Shown here piece after piece: positions 55,256 through 64,000 of a DNA stretch of 64,000 bases. How positions within the stretch are numbered: position 1 is the first letter of the stretch; each line of letters starts with the position of its first letter. The position numbers and the translations under genes were made by a program. Source of the stretch: Chthoniobacteraceae bacterium (GTDB lineage: Bacteria; Verrucomicrobiota; Verrucomicrobiia; Chthoniobacterales; Chthoniobacteraceae); assembly GCA_031409335.1 (NCBI GenBank), contig JANNWY010000083.1, positions 94,692 to 158,691 on the forward strand, in the 5' to 3' direction. The notes beneath the pieces were generated by a model that was not told the DNA's origin, ran no database searches, and saw only the letters and a list, made by a program, of their open reading frames with translations.

Positions 55256-57150
55256 TGACCAGTCAAGAAGCAGCAAATCTCCAACGTCTCCGCGTCGTTT
55301 TCGTCGGCCACGTGGACCACGGAAAGTCCACCCTGATCGGGCGCATCTTCTATGACACCAAATCCCTGCCCGACGGCAAAGTGGAGCAGATCCAGGCGGC
55401 CTGCCGCGAGGAAGGCATGGAGTTCGAGTATGCGTTCCTGCTCGATGCGTTGCTGGAGGAGCAGGAGCAGAACATCACGATCGACACGACGCAGATTCAG
55501 TTCAAAACGGCCCGCCGTCCGTACGTCATCATCGACGCGCCCGGTCACAAGGAGTTTTTGAAAAACATGATCTCCGGCGCGGCGAGCGCGGATGCGGCGG
55601 TGCTCTTGATCGCGGCGAATGAAGGCGTGCGCGAGCAGTCGCGGCGGCATGGGTATTTGCTTTCGCTGCTCGGCATCAAGCAGGTCGTCGTCGCGGTGAA
55701 CAAGATGGACTTGGTGGACTACTCGCAGTCCGCCTTCGACAGCGTCGTGACCGAATACAAAGCCTTCCTCGCCCAGATCGGAGTGAAGGCGCACGCGTTC
55801 ATCCCGATCAGCGCGCGCAACGGATTCAACGTTGCCGCTCCTTCGCGCGCCGAAATGCCTTGGTACGGCGGTCCGAGCATCACGGATTTGCTCGATACTT
55901 TTGAGCCGCCGAAGCCAGTAAACGATCTCCCGCTGCGGCTTCCCGTGCAGGATGTGTATCGCTTCGACGACCGTCGCATCATCGCTGGCCGCATCGATAC
56001 GGGCACGCTGCGCGTCGGCGACAAGCTTGTTTTTTCTCCGAACAATAAGACGAGCACCGTGGCCAGCTTTGAGAATTGGCAGGGCGAGAAAAAGACCGAA
56101 GCGCACGCGGGCGAAAGCGTCGGCATCACGCTCACCGAGCAGATTTTCGTCGAGCGCGGACACGTCGCGTCGCACGAGCAGGATGCGCCGATCGAGTCGA
56201 ATCGCTTCAAAGCCCGGCTCTTCTGGATGGGCAAACGCAACCTGACCATTGGCGAACGCACCAAGCTAAAACTTGCGACCCAGGAACTCGACGCGGAGAT
56301 CGTTTCCATCGAGAAAATCATCGACGCCTCCACGCTCGAAAATGTTGCCGCGGGCCGCGACTACATTGCGCGGAATGATGTCGCGGAAATCACCATCCGC
56401 ACTCGCGGCGCGCTCGTGATGGACAACGCGGATCGCAATCCGCTGCTCGGTCGTTTTGTCCTCGTCGATCAGCGCACGGTCGCCGGCGGCGGCATCATTT
56501 TCGGCGGCGTTTACACGGACCGCGCGAAGATCAAATCGGAGAATATTTTTTGGAGCGAAGGCGAAGTCACCGCTGCGAAACGCGCGTTGCGCAATGGCCA
56601 CAAGGGCGCGGTCGTTTGGCTCACTGGCCTTTCCGGCTCGGGCAAAAGCACGATCTCAAATGCGCTCGAACGCGAACTCTTCAAGCTCGGCCTGCACGTT
56701 TACGTCCTCGACGGCGACAACGTCCGCCACGGTCTGAACAGCAACCTCGGCTTCTCGCCGGAAGACCGGGAGGAAAACATCCGCCGCGTCGCGGAGGTCG
56801 GCAAACTCATGGCGGACGCCGGGCTCATCGTCATCACCGCGTTCATTTCGCCATATCTCGCCGACCGCCGCCGCGCCCGCGAGATCGCGCTCGAAGGCGG
56901 ATGCGACTTCATCGAAGTCTTCATCAATGCGCCCGTCGAAGTGTGCGAGCAGCGCGATCCAAAGGGCCTCTACAAAAAAGCGCGCGCGGGTGAGATCAAG
57001 GAATTCACTGGAATCTCCGCGCCATATGAAGCGCCGGAAAATCCCGAGATCACCGTCCACACCGACCGGCAATCGCTCGAAGAATCCGTGACTGAGATCA
57101 TCGAAAATCTGCGCCCGCGACTGAAGGCGGATGCAGATGTGGAAATCTGA
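55255..57150 (+). CDS. cysNC: Bifunctional sulfate adenylyltransferase GTPase subunit / APS kinase
   Basis: [22 protein letters not shown]; then [38 protein letters not shown]. Confidence 0.95.
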   Translation: MTSQEAANLQRLRVVFVGHVDHGKSTLIGRIFYDTKSLPDGKVEQIQAACREEGMEFEYAFLLDALLEEQEQNITIDTTQIQFKTARRPYVIIDAPGHKEFLKNMISGAASADAAVLLIAANEGVREQSRRHGYLLSLLGIKQVVVAVNKMDLVDYSQSAFDSVVTEYKAFLAQIGVKAHAFIPISARNGFNVAAPSRAEMPWYGGPSITDLLDTFEPPKPVNDLPLRLPVQDVYRFDDRRIIAGRIDTGTLRVGDKLVFSPNNKTSTVASFENWQGEKKTEAHAGESVGITLTEQIFVERGHVASHEQDAPIESNRFKARLFWMGKRNLTIGERTKLKLATQELDAEIVSIEKIIDASTLENVAAGRDYIARNDVAEITIRTRGALVMDNADRNPLLGRFVLVDQRTVAGGGIIFGGVYTDRAKIKSENIFWSEGEVTAAKRALRNGHKGAVVWLTGLSGSGKSTISNALERELFKLGLHVYVLDGDNVRHGLNSNLGFSPEDREENIRRVAEVGKLMADAGLIVITAFISPYLADRRRAREIALEGGCDFIEVFINAPVEVCEQRDPKGLYKKARAGEIKEFTGISAPYEAPENPEITVHTDRQSLEESVTEIIENLRPRLKADADVEI

Positions 57151-57159
57151 CGTTCGGCG

Positions 57160-60100
57160 CTACGGCTCGGTGTGAAGGATGGCGTCCACGTTCACATGGA
57201 CATCGAAACCGAGCGGAAACTCCGTGCTCGTCTCGTCCGCCGGGCGCGACCAGAAGAAATCGCCGCTGCCGTTCAGTCCGCCATCCGTCGTGAAACGCAG
57301 ATCGCCTGAAACGCTGCCGAGGTCATTGTAGATCGCGTGGTAAAGCGGAAGCGTGAGTTGATCGTCCACGAGATTGGTTTCGGTCCACGTCGTGCCGTCG
57401 GCGAGTGCGCCGGTGAGGATCGCGCGGCCGTTCGCATCGATGTCCAGGCGCGCGGTGCCGGTGGTGGTGGGTTGCGGGTTTCCGGGAACGTCGGGAAGTG
57501 GCGGAGCCTGCACGGTCACATCCCAGCGTCCGGCGAGCGGACAGGGACGGGCGGCGGTCCATGTGCTGCGTTGCAGCGTGGCTTCGACCGTGAAAAACTC
57601 CTCATCACGGAAGCGGTCGAGCCGAACCGCGATGTCGCCGGTTTCAAAATTCGCGGTGAACTGGAGGAAAAGACTCTCAAACCCACCGCCGCCTCTCTCC
57701 GTTATGCCGCCGCCTTCAAGGCTCATGACGTACGAGCCGCTCGTATCGAGTCGCCCCGAAAAGCGATAGGTTTTTCCGTCAAAGCGCAGACGCGCGGAAA
57801 ATGCGCCAGCCCGCCCGAGAGTGACCAAAAGCGCGCCGCGTGCGGAGTTTTGATCCATATCGAAGCCAAGTGCGGCGACATAGCGTCCGGCGAGTGCGGG
57901 GAATGGATTGGGGATAAATGCGGCTTTCAGCGCGAGGCCGCGGAACATCGAAAAACCGTAGGCGGGCTCCGACGAAACGATGAAGTCGTCGATTTTCCAT
58001 CCCTGAAATATCTGGCCGCGCGCCGGCGCGGCGACAATCGTGTACGCACGGCCGATCTCGCGCCGAGTGGAGCCGAGAAATCCCGGCGAAACACTCCCCA
58101 AACCCTCAACGCCGACGGTGAGTTCGGAAAACTGCCGCAATGCCAGAACGGTCGTGACGATCCGCGAGGCGGTCCCGTCCGAATCGACGGCGCGAACGAG
58201 GAGCCTATTCGTCCCCGCTATCAGGCCGCGAAGGTCCTCAAGAATAGTGATGAATGTGACGGTGCCCGATCCGGCCCCCGGCACCGCGGTGAGGGTCATA
58301 GGGCGCCAGTGGTTGCCATTGAGCGAATACTCGACTCGCTGGATGCCCCGCTCGCTCGTCGCGCTGCCCGCGAGTCGCACGGCGTCGGCGATGAGATTCG
58401 GGCGAGGGATCGGCGCGGTGACGGTGACGACCGGTCGCGGCGGCGGGGCGGCGGGCAGCACCTTGATGAAGAAAAGTTCGGTGGGCGCGGCGGCGTTATT
58501 CGCGTCCGTCGCGGAGATGAAAATCGCGTACGAGCCGGAGATCGTCGGCGTGCCGGTGAGCAGGCCGCTGCTGGAGAAATTCATGCCGGGCGGTGTGCCC
58601 GCGGTGAATCCCGGCGGCGGGTTGGCGAGCGGGCTTTCCTCGCGAAACGCGAACAACCGCACCCCGTGCACCGCGCTGAATTGCAATTGATATGGGACGC
58701 CAACCCGGGCGGCGGGAAGCGTCAGCGGAGTCGCAATGCCAAATGCGCCGGGATCGCGCGTCGGCGCGTAGAGCGACTCCGTAGCGATAATCATGCTCTG
58801 AAAACTGAACGGCGGATTGGAAGTCAGTTGAATGTTTGCGAAGCCATCCGCGTCGCGATATTCCACCCGAAAAGATACCGCCAGCCCCGCGACCGAGGAG
58901 AAGCTGGCGACGAATGTCGTCTGCGTCTCGTTCGACCATTCGTCGATCAGCGCCACATCATTCACGAACAATCGCACTCCGCCCGCGCACTGAACGTTCA
59001 GGAACGATTCGCCCGTGGCGCGTGGCCGGTATTTTCCAGTCCAGCGCACGGAAAATCCCGTGCGGGAAATACCGGGTGCGGGGTCAATGTCGGTCCATTG
59101 AAACGCGATCGTGGGATCGATGCGGGCAACGGGCGTGCCTTCGAGATGCTCATTGGCAAAGTACTCCGCAGCCAGTCCCTGGCCCGCACCGGGTTCGGCA
59201 TTTTCAATGAAGACTGTGACCGCATCCGTTTCGGTCACATTTCCGGAATCATCCGTCGCCCGCGCCGTGAGATCGTGTCGCCCGGCATCCACACCCGTCC
59301 AGTCGAACGCGAACGGCGCGCTGGTGTCTTCCCCCACGACTCTGCTGTCTGAGAAAAATTCCACTTTCACGATGCTGCCGTCGTCATCCGTCGCGTCGGC
59401 TCGGAAGGCGATCGTAGCGGGAGGCAGCAGGCGCGCGCCATTGAGCGGCGACGTGAGGACGATGGTCGGCGCGGCGTTTACGGAGTTGGCGATTCCGGGA
59501 GTCGGCGCGGAGGCGATCCAGTTCGCGGGGTCGTCGGCAAAGTGCGCGAACGCGGGCCGCTGAAGCGATGCACCAAAACCATTCGTCTCGTACGGCCACG
59601 GCGCCTTGTCGTTGTAGCGCACGCTTTCCCATGTCTCGAAAAACGTGCCCGCGACTCCGGCAAAGGTGAGCGGTTTTTGCAGCACGATCACTTCGCCGTC
59701 GTCCTGCAGATTGCCCGTCGCCGGGCCGAAAATCGGCACCGCGGCGGGTACATTGTATTTCGCGCGAAATGCCGCGGGGTCAGTCGTGACCACGAGCGCG
59801 AACCCGAGGCCGGAGATCGCCGCACCGCTCGGGAACGTGAACGAAAGCCCCGCCAGCCGCCAGCCGTCGAGAGCGAAAGGCACCGGGGAATCCGATCGCA
59901 GTTCGACGAACTCATCCCCGCCGATCGCGGGATGGAAATGGATTTCGTTGAGGCGCGGATTCGGTTCGATCCCGGACAGGACGAATTTTTCTTCGCCCGC
60001 CGAATTCACCCGCCGCTCAAAGAACAGTCCGGGCTCGAGCGCGCCGTAATTGAAACCGTGCGCGTAGCCAGTGAGATTGCCTGCGGGATTCGCGGAAAAA

Positions 60101-63100
60101 ATCCACACACCCGCGCCGGTGCGTGAAAATTCAAGGGCCGCCGCCGCGACGGTGAGCGTGAGTCCGGCGGGAATCGGAATTCCGACGATGCGCAATTTCT
60201 TCGGTGTTGCCGGATCGTCGGTGAGCCACCAGCCCGAAATGTCCGTCGTCACGCCGCCGACATTTTTGATTTCCACGGTGTCGGGACCGCTGGCGGGATT
60301 GCCGATGAGCCGCTGCACCACCACGTGCGGGAACGCGGGCGGCTCGGGATCGTCGGCACCGGGCGAGCCGCCGGGGTTCGCGCTCGCGCGCCAGTTTTTC
60401 GGATTGTCGGGATTGCCCTTGTCGGCGCGGACGATGGTGAAGCCGTGGCCGTTCGCAGCGGCGGGCCAGCCTTCATCCGGGCGGTAGTGCAGCGTGATGA
60501 GCGGCACGCCACTGCCCGCGGAAAGCGCGAGGTCTTCGCCGTTGTCGGAGAGCCTGCCGGTGAAGACGCCGTTCAGTGTTTTGCCGGGATGCACCTCGGC
60601 GAAACGATCGGCGTTTTTCCCGAGCAAAAAGAACGCGCCCGGCGCGAGCGTGGTGCCTGCGGGAAACGCGAACGTGACGCCTTGATCGAACAGCAAGCCG
60701 CTGAGATCGAGCGCCGTCCCGCCGTCATTTTTCAGCTCGATGAAATCATACTCGTCGCCCGCGACCGCGCCGACGGCGGCGTTGTGGTAGCTGATTTCCG
60801 TGATGCGCAGTTTGGAAAAATCCTGCGCGTTTTCGTACCGCGTCTCGATGAGCGCGCTCCACGTTTCGCCGTCTTTCACGCGCGCCTTGATACGCTTGAG
60901 CGGGCCGAGCAGGAATGGTTGCGCGTAGATTTTCGCGTCGGGCCCGCGCGGATCGGAGCCGTCCGTCGTGTAGTAGACCGCGCCCGCTGCGTTCGGGTTC
61001 GCGATCGTCACCAGTTGACCCTGCGCAATATTGCCGCTGCCGGGCGTGATCGCGGGCGGTTCGAGCGCGGGATAAAGTCCGCCGTCTTTCAACTGCTGGA
61101 GCACGACGGCGGTGCGCACCGGGAAGTAGTTTTGCAGGAAGGCGACGTGCGTGGCGCTGATCCAATCCTGCCGTGTCAAAAGCCTGCGATTTTCCGGGCC
61201 GCGAATTCGGAGTTCGAGCCCGCTCGCCGCCGGTTTTCCGAGACGCGGATTGATCGTGAGAAACGGCCCGATCGGTCCGCCCGGGCCATCGTTGTTCGTA
61301 AAAAACGCGTCGCCCCAGCGCGCCGATTCGGCGGCCACCGCGAAATTGATCTCGGCCATCCGCGCGGAGAAACGCGCCGCCGCTTTCGACGGCGTCAGCA
61401 CACCGCCGCCGAAGAAATGCATCTGCACCCGATCCGCCACGCGCAGGCGGAAGTCCGCATTGAAACGCAGCGCCTGCCAGATGTGCCAGGGATTGCTGGA
61501 AATGTAATCCACTTCATCGAGCGGATTCGCGGTCGGCTGCTCGCCGACGATGTTGTCGGCTTGCGGATCGAACATCGACAGTTCCCAGTCATGGACGAAG
61601 AACCGAAAGCCGAAGTCCCCTTTTCGGCTCTTGATCGCGCCCCAATTGTTTTGCACGCCCCCGCTCGGCGGACTGTCGTTCGCCGCCGCGTAAATTCCGA
61701 GCAGCATGTAATCGATCAAGTTGTCCACATCCACGAGCCGCTCGAAGGCGGGATTGCGCGAGCCGTCGGGGTTGTTGCCCTGCACGCGCTGATACGCGGT
61801 CGTGTCCGCGAAGCCCGCGTGCGCCGCGTCGTGCAGCCTGCGCCACGAGGCGATCGTGCCGTCGGAATCGTTCGTGCCACCGAACGTGTTGTCGTATTTC
61901 ACCACGTCGTAGTCGTCCTCGTCTCCGCCGAAATAACTCGCGGCAAACGATGCATCGTGCCGCTCCTGGGTGTTGTAGAGGCCCCAGTACAGACCATTGA
62001 TGTAAAGATGGTAGAAGTCGCCACGGTCGCCCGGTTGCGACATCGCGAGCTGCGTGTCGCGGCCCCATTGGTCGCGGATAAAGTCGTTCTTTTTTTCCCC
62101 CGCCCAATGCCACGAGGAAATCTGATCGCAGCGCAGATCGAACTTGTCCGATGACGGCGTGCCTTCCGGCCCGAACATCGGATAATCCAGCCGCGCGGCA
62201 CCATAGCCGCGCCGGAAAAACAGGCGCAGCGAGTGTTTCGGATTGCTCGAATCGCGACTCGCTCCGCCGCGGATGCGGATGCCAGCGTTGATCTGATAAC
62301 CGGGTGTCCCATCGGGATTGATCAATTCGACGGAAGCCGGTCGCTCCCACTCTTTGCTGCGCTCCTGCGGGTGAACGTAGATGCCGGTCTCCGCATCGAA
62401 GAGCGAACCGAACGGCAGCACGATCGAGATGGATGGGATCGCGCGCAGCCCGCGCTGCAAATGCTCACGGTACGGCGAGACTTCAGAGATGCGCCGATCC
62501 ATCCCGTAATCGGTTTTGTGATTCGGCCATTTTTTGGGCCAGCGCGGCGGCGCCTTGCCATCGCGGGCCTGCTGCGCCACGTCCGTTGGGAAAATAAAAG
62601 AGCGCGTCGCGATCGCGGAAGCCGCCAGCGACTCGGTAAATGCAACGGCACGGACCACCGTCGTTTTTGAAATTGGAATCGGCGCGGTGTAGAGCGCGCC
62701 GCTGGTCTCCGAAGGTTCGCTGCCATCGATCGTGTAGCGAATCAACGCGCCTACAGTTTCGGCCGAAAGAGTCAGGACGAACGCGCGCGTCTTGAGCCCG
62801 CGCGACTCGGAAAATTGCGGCGCGGCGGCCATCGCGACTTTGCGCGGATCGTTTGCCGCGGCAGGAGTCGGGTAGCCGAGAAAACGGCCCGCGTTGTCGT
62901 AGGAAACATCGGGCAGTTGCATCGGATACGGATCGAACGCGAACGCTATCGAACCATCCGGTCGCGTGAGGGCGAGGTACTCGCCGTCCGCGCCGAGCGC
63001 AAAATCCGCGTGAAGTCGCGCGCCGGGGTTTGCGCGATCTTTTCCATCGGCAAAAACGAGCAGGTAACCATCCGGCGGAATCGAGAGCGCGGGCAGTGTC

Positions 63101-63366
63101 CACTTCGCCGGCGAATTCTTTTTGTCGGTGAGATGCCAGCCCGAGAGATCAAGCGGAGCTGCGCCGGTGTTGTGAATTTCCAGCCAGTCCGAATAGTCGC
63201 CGTCCTCATCGGTCACCACGAATTGCCCCGCGGCCATGAACTCCGAAATCACCACCGAATCCACCGCAAGCGCGACGGGAGCCGCGGCGCAGACGAACAG
63301 CGATAATAAAAACATAAACAGGGCGGAAAGAATTCGTCGAACGGGACAGGAAGCAGGGCAATGCAT
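57160..63366 (-). CDS. Large exported CotH-kinase protein with lamin-tail, FN3-associated, Ig-like and PA14 domains (start 63366 or 63315)
   Basis: VVISEFMA..DEDGDYSDWLEI, IRYTIDGSEP, EWERPASVE, GIRIRGGASR, LYINGLYWGLY, AAESARWGD, LRITEISYH, GLAAEYF...FSVRWTG. Confidence 0.85.
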   Translation of the reverse strand: MHCPASCPVRRILSALFMFLLSLFVCAAAPVALAVDSVVISEFMAAGQFVVTDEDGDYSDWLEIHNTGAAPLDLSGWHLTDKKNSPAKWTLPALSIPPDGYLLVFADGKDRANPGARLHADFALGADGEYLALTRPDGSIAFAFDPYPMQLPDVSYDNAGRFLGYPTPAAANDPRKVAMAAAPQFSESRGLKTRAFVLTLSAETVGALIRYTIDGSEPSETSGALYTAPIPISKTTVVRAVAFTESLAASAIATRSFIFPTDVAQQARDGKAPPRWPKKWPNHKTDYGMDRRISEVSPYREHLQRGLRAIPSISIVLPFGSLFDAETGIYVHPQERSKEWERPASVELINPDGTPGYQINAGIRIRGGASRDSSNPKHSLRLFFRRGYGAARLDYPMFGPEGTPSSDKFDLRCDQISSWHWAGEKKNDFIRDQWGRDTQLAMSQPGDRGDFYHLYINGLYWGLYNTQERHDASFAASYFGGDEDDYDVVKYDNTFGGTNDSDGTIASWRRLHDAAHAGFADTTAYQRVQGNNPDGSRNPAFERLVDVDNLIDYMLLGIYAAANDSPPSGGVQNNWGAIKSRKGDFGFRFFVHDWELSMFDPQADNIVGEQPTANPLDEVDYISSNPWHIWQALRFNADFRLRVADRVQMHFFGGGVLTPSKAAARFSARMAEINFAVAAESARWGDAFFTNNDGPGGPIGPFLTINPRLGKPAASGLELRIRGPENRRLLTRQDWISATHVAFLQNYFPVRTAVVLQQLKDGGLYPALEPPAITPGSGNIAQGQLVTIANPNAAGAVYYTTDGSDPRGPDAKIYAQPFLLGPLKRIKARVKDGETWSALIETRYENAQDFSKLRITEISYHNAAVGAVAGDEYDFIELKNDGGTALDLSGLLFDQGVTFAFPAGTTLAPGAFFLLGKNADRFAEVHPGKTLNGVFTGRLSDNGEDLALSAGSGVPLITLHYRPDEGWPAAANGHGFTIVRADKGNPDNPKNWRASANPGGSPGADDPEPPAFPHVVVQRLIGNPASGPDTVEIKNVGGVTTDISGWWLTDDPATPKKLRIVGIPIPAGLTLTVAAAALEFSRTGAGVWIFSANPAGNLTGYAHGFNYGALEPGLFFERRVNSAGEEKFVLSGIEPNPRLNEIHFHPAIGGDEFVELRSDSPVPFALDGWRLAGLSFTFPSGAAISGLGFALVVTTDPAAFRAKYNVPAAVPIFGPATGNLQDDGEVIVLQKPLTFAGVAGTFFETWESVRYNDKAPWPYETNGFGASLQRPAFAHFADDPANWIASAPTPGIANSVNAAPTIVLTSPLNGARLLPPATIAFRADATDDDGSIVKVEFFSDSRVVGEDTSAPFAFDWTGVDAGRHDLTARATDDSGNVTETDAVTVFIENAEPGAGQGLAAEYFANEHLEGTPVARIDPTIAFQWTDIDPAPGISRTGFSVRWTGKYRPRATGESFLNVQCAGGVRLFVNDVALIDEWSNETQTTFVASFSSVAGLAVSFRVEYRDADGFANIQLTSNPPFSFQSMIIATESLYAPTRDPGAFGIATPLTLPAARVGVPYQLQFSAVHGVRLFAFREESPLANPPPGFTAGTPPGMNFSSSGLLTGTPTISGSYAIFISATDANNAAAPTELFFIKVLPAAPPPRPVVTVTAPIPRPNLIADAVRLAGSATSERGIQRVEYSLNGNHWRPMTLTAVPGAGSGTVTFITILEDLRGLIAGTNRLLVRAVDSDGTASRIVTTVLALRQFSELTVGVEGLGSVSPGFLGSTRREIGRAYTIVAAPARGQIFQGWKIDDFIVSSEPAYGFSMFRGLALKAAFIPNPFPALAGRYVAALGFDMDQNSARGALLVTLGRAGAFSARLRFDGKTYRFSGRLDTSGSYVMSLEGGGITERGGGGFESLFLQFTANFETGDIAVRLDRFRDEEFFTVEATLQRSTWTAARPCPLAGRWDVTVQAPPLPDVPGNPQPTTTGTARLDIDANGRAILTGALADGTTWTETNLVDDQLTLPLYHAIYNDLGSVSGDLRFTTDGGLNGSGDFFWSRPADETSTEFPLGFDVHVNVDAILHTEP

Positions 63367-63446
63367 AACGGCGATCCTACAAGCGCGGTCCGAACGAACA
63401 ACATAATTTCTTTTTCTGAACTCTCGGGGCAACGCTTCCCGTCCAG

Positions 63447-63574
63447 GACGCCGAAGGCTCTAGGACTGCGGTGATTCCTTCACCGCTCTGGAGAAAGCGC
63501 GCGGCTTTGCACGGTCGCACGGCACCTCGCAAAAGCGGTGAAGGAATCACCGCAGTCCTAGAGCCTTCGGCGTC
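63447..63574. repeat. GGACTGCGG-type palindromic REP element, copy 3
   Basis: GACGCCGAAGGCTCTAGGACTGCGGTGATTCCTTCACCGCT with its exact reverse complement ending at 63574. Confidence 0.9.
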
Positions 63575-63605
63575 ATGTTGTGAGATCCGTTTCCGTGGCT
63601 GCTAA

Positions 63606-64000
63606 GAGCGTATCCGGAAAGTCGCTTGAGTTACTATCTGGCGAGGCGCTTGAGCATCAGGCGGGAGATACAAAGGTAGATGTGGGACTCGGAGTGATCG
63701 GGTCGCTGCTCAAAGTCGCGGGAGAGGCGGCGGGACTTGTAGAGCCAGCTGAAGGTGCGCTCGACAATCCAGCGTTTTCTGACGAGTTGAAAGCCGTTGG
63801 CATCGTCGCCGCGACGGACGATTGAGAGGTGGAGTTTGCCGAAGGGGCGCAGGCCTTTGACCCAGGCGACCAAGGCACCGGCATAGCCTCCGTCGGCCCA
63901 GATGATTTGCAGCCTGCCAAAGAGCAGGTAGAGGCTCGCCAGGAGCATGACGGCGCCATCGCGATCCTGGACACTGGCTGGCGTGACCTTTACGCCCAGG
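63606..64000 (-). mobile_element. IS5-family insertion sequence, 3' part (DDE transposase CDS ends 63634; 5' part outside window)
   Basis: QDRDGA, IWADGGYAG, KRWIVERTFSWL..SRRLSRDFE; candidate terminal IR GAGCGTATCCGGAAAGT next to a TAA, resembling IS1031-group ends. Confidence 0.88.

Overview
GC-rich bacterial DNA, most likely Verrucomicrobiota (PVC superphylum). This is inferred from the PEP-CTERM protein, PVC-type heme-c dehydrogenase, DUF1080/ThuA/DUF3500 genes, MoxR-VWA-prenyltransferase operon and lamin-tail/CotH protein. Left to right: (1) an edge-truncated gene missing from the ORF track, which I translated by hand as two tandem AP2-like domains fused to a DUF2971-like domain; (2) an IS200/RAYT-type HUH transposase between inverted triple-hairpin repeats, apparently interrupting a small gene upstream of vsr; (3) a six-gene MoxR/DUF58/VWA/prenyltransferase-repeat operon; (4) a putative copper locus with a PmoC-motif-like membrane protein, a predicted N-terminal-His two-TM partner, a PEP-CTERM protein and a CusF-SCO lipoprotein; (5) DUF1080 and a ThuA-dehydrogenase-heme c fusion; (6) a ~20 kb flgB-to-fliA flagellar operon with three matching sigma54-type promoters (one inside fliK), a degenerate FlhF, a FliM lacking the CheY-binding peptide, and no motAB, flhG or flagellin in the window; (7) two paralogous serine hydrolases around thuA, DUF3500 and a TPR-redoxin; (8) cysH-cysD-cysNC; (9) a ~2050-aa CotH surface protein and the 3' part of an IS5-family element. 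Several palindromic intergenic repeat families occur. No rRNA, tRNA or CRISPR array was recognised. All family calls come from motif recognition by eye; no database searches were run.
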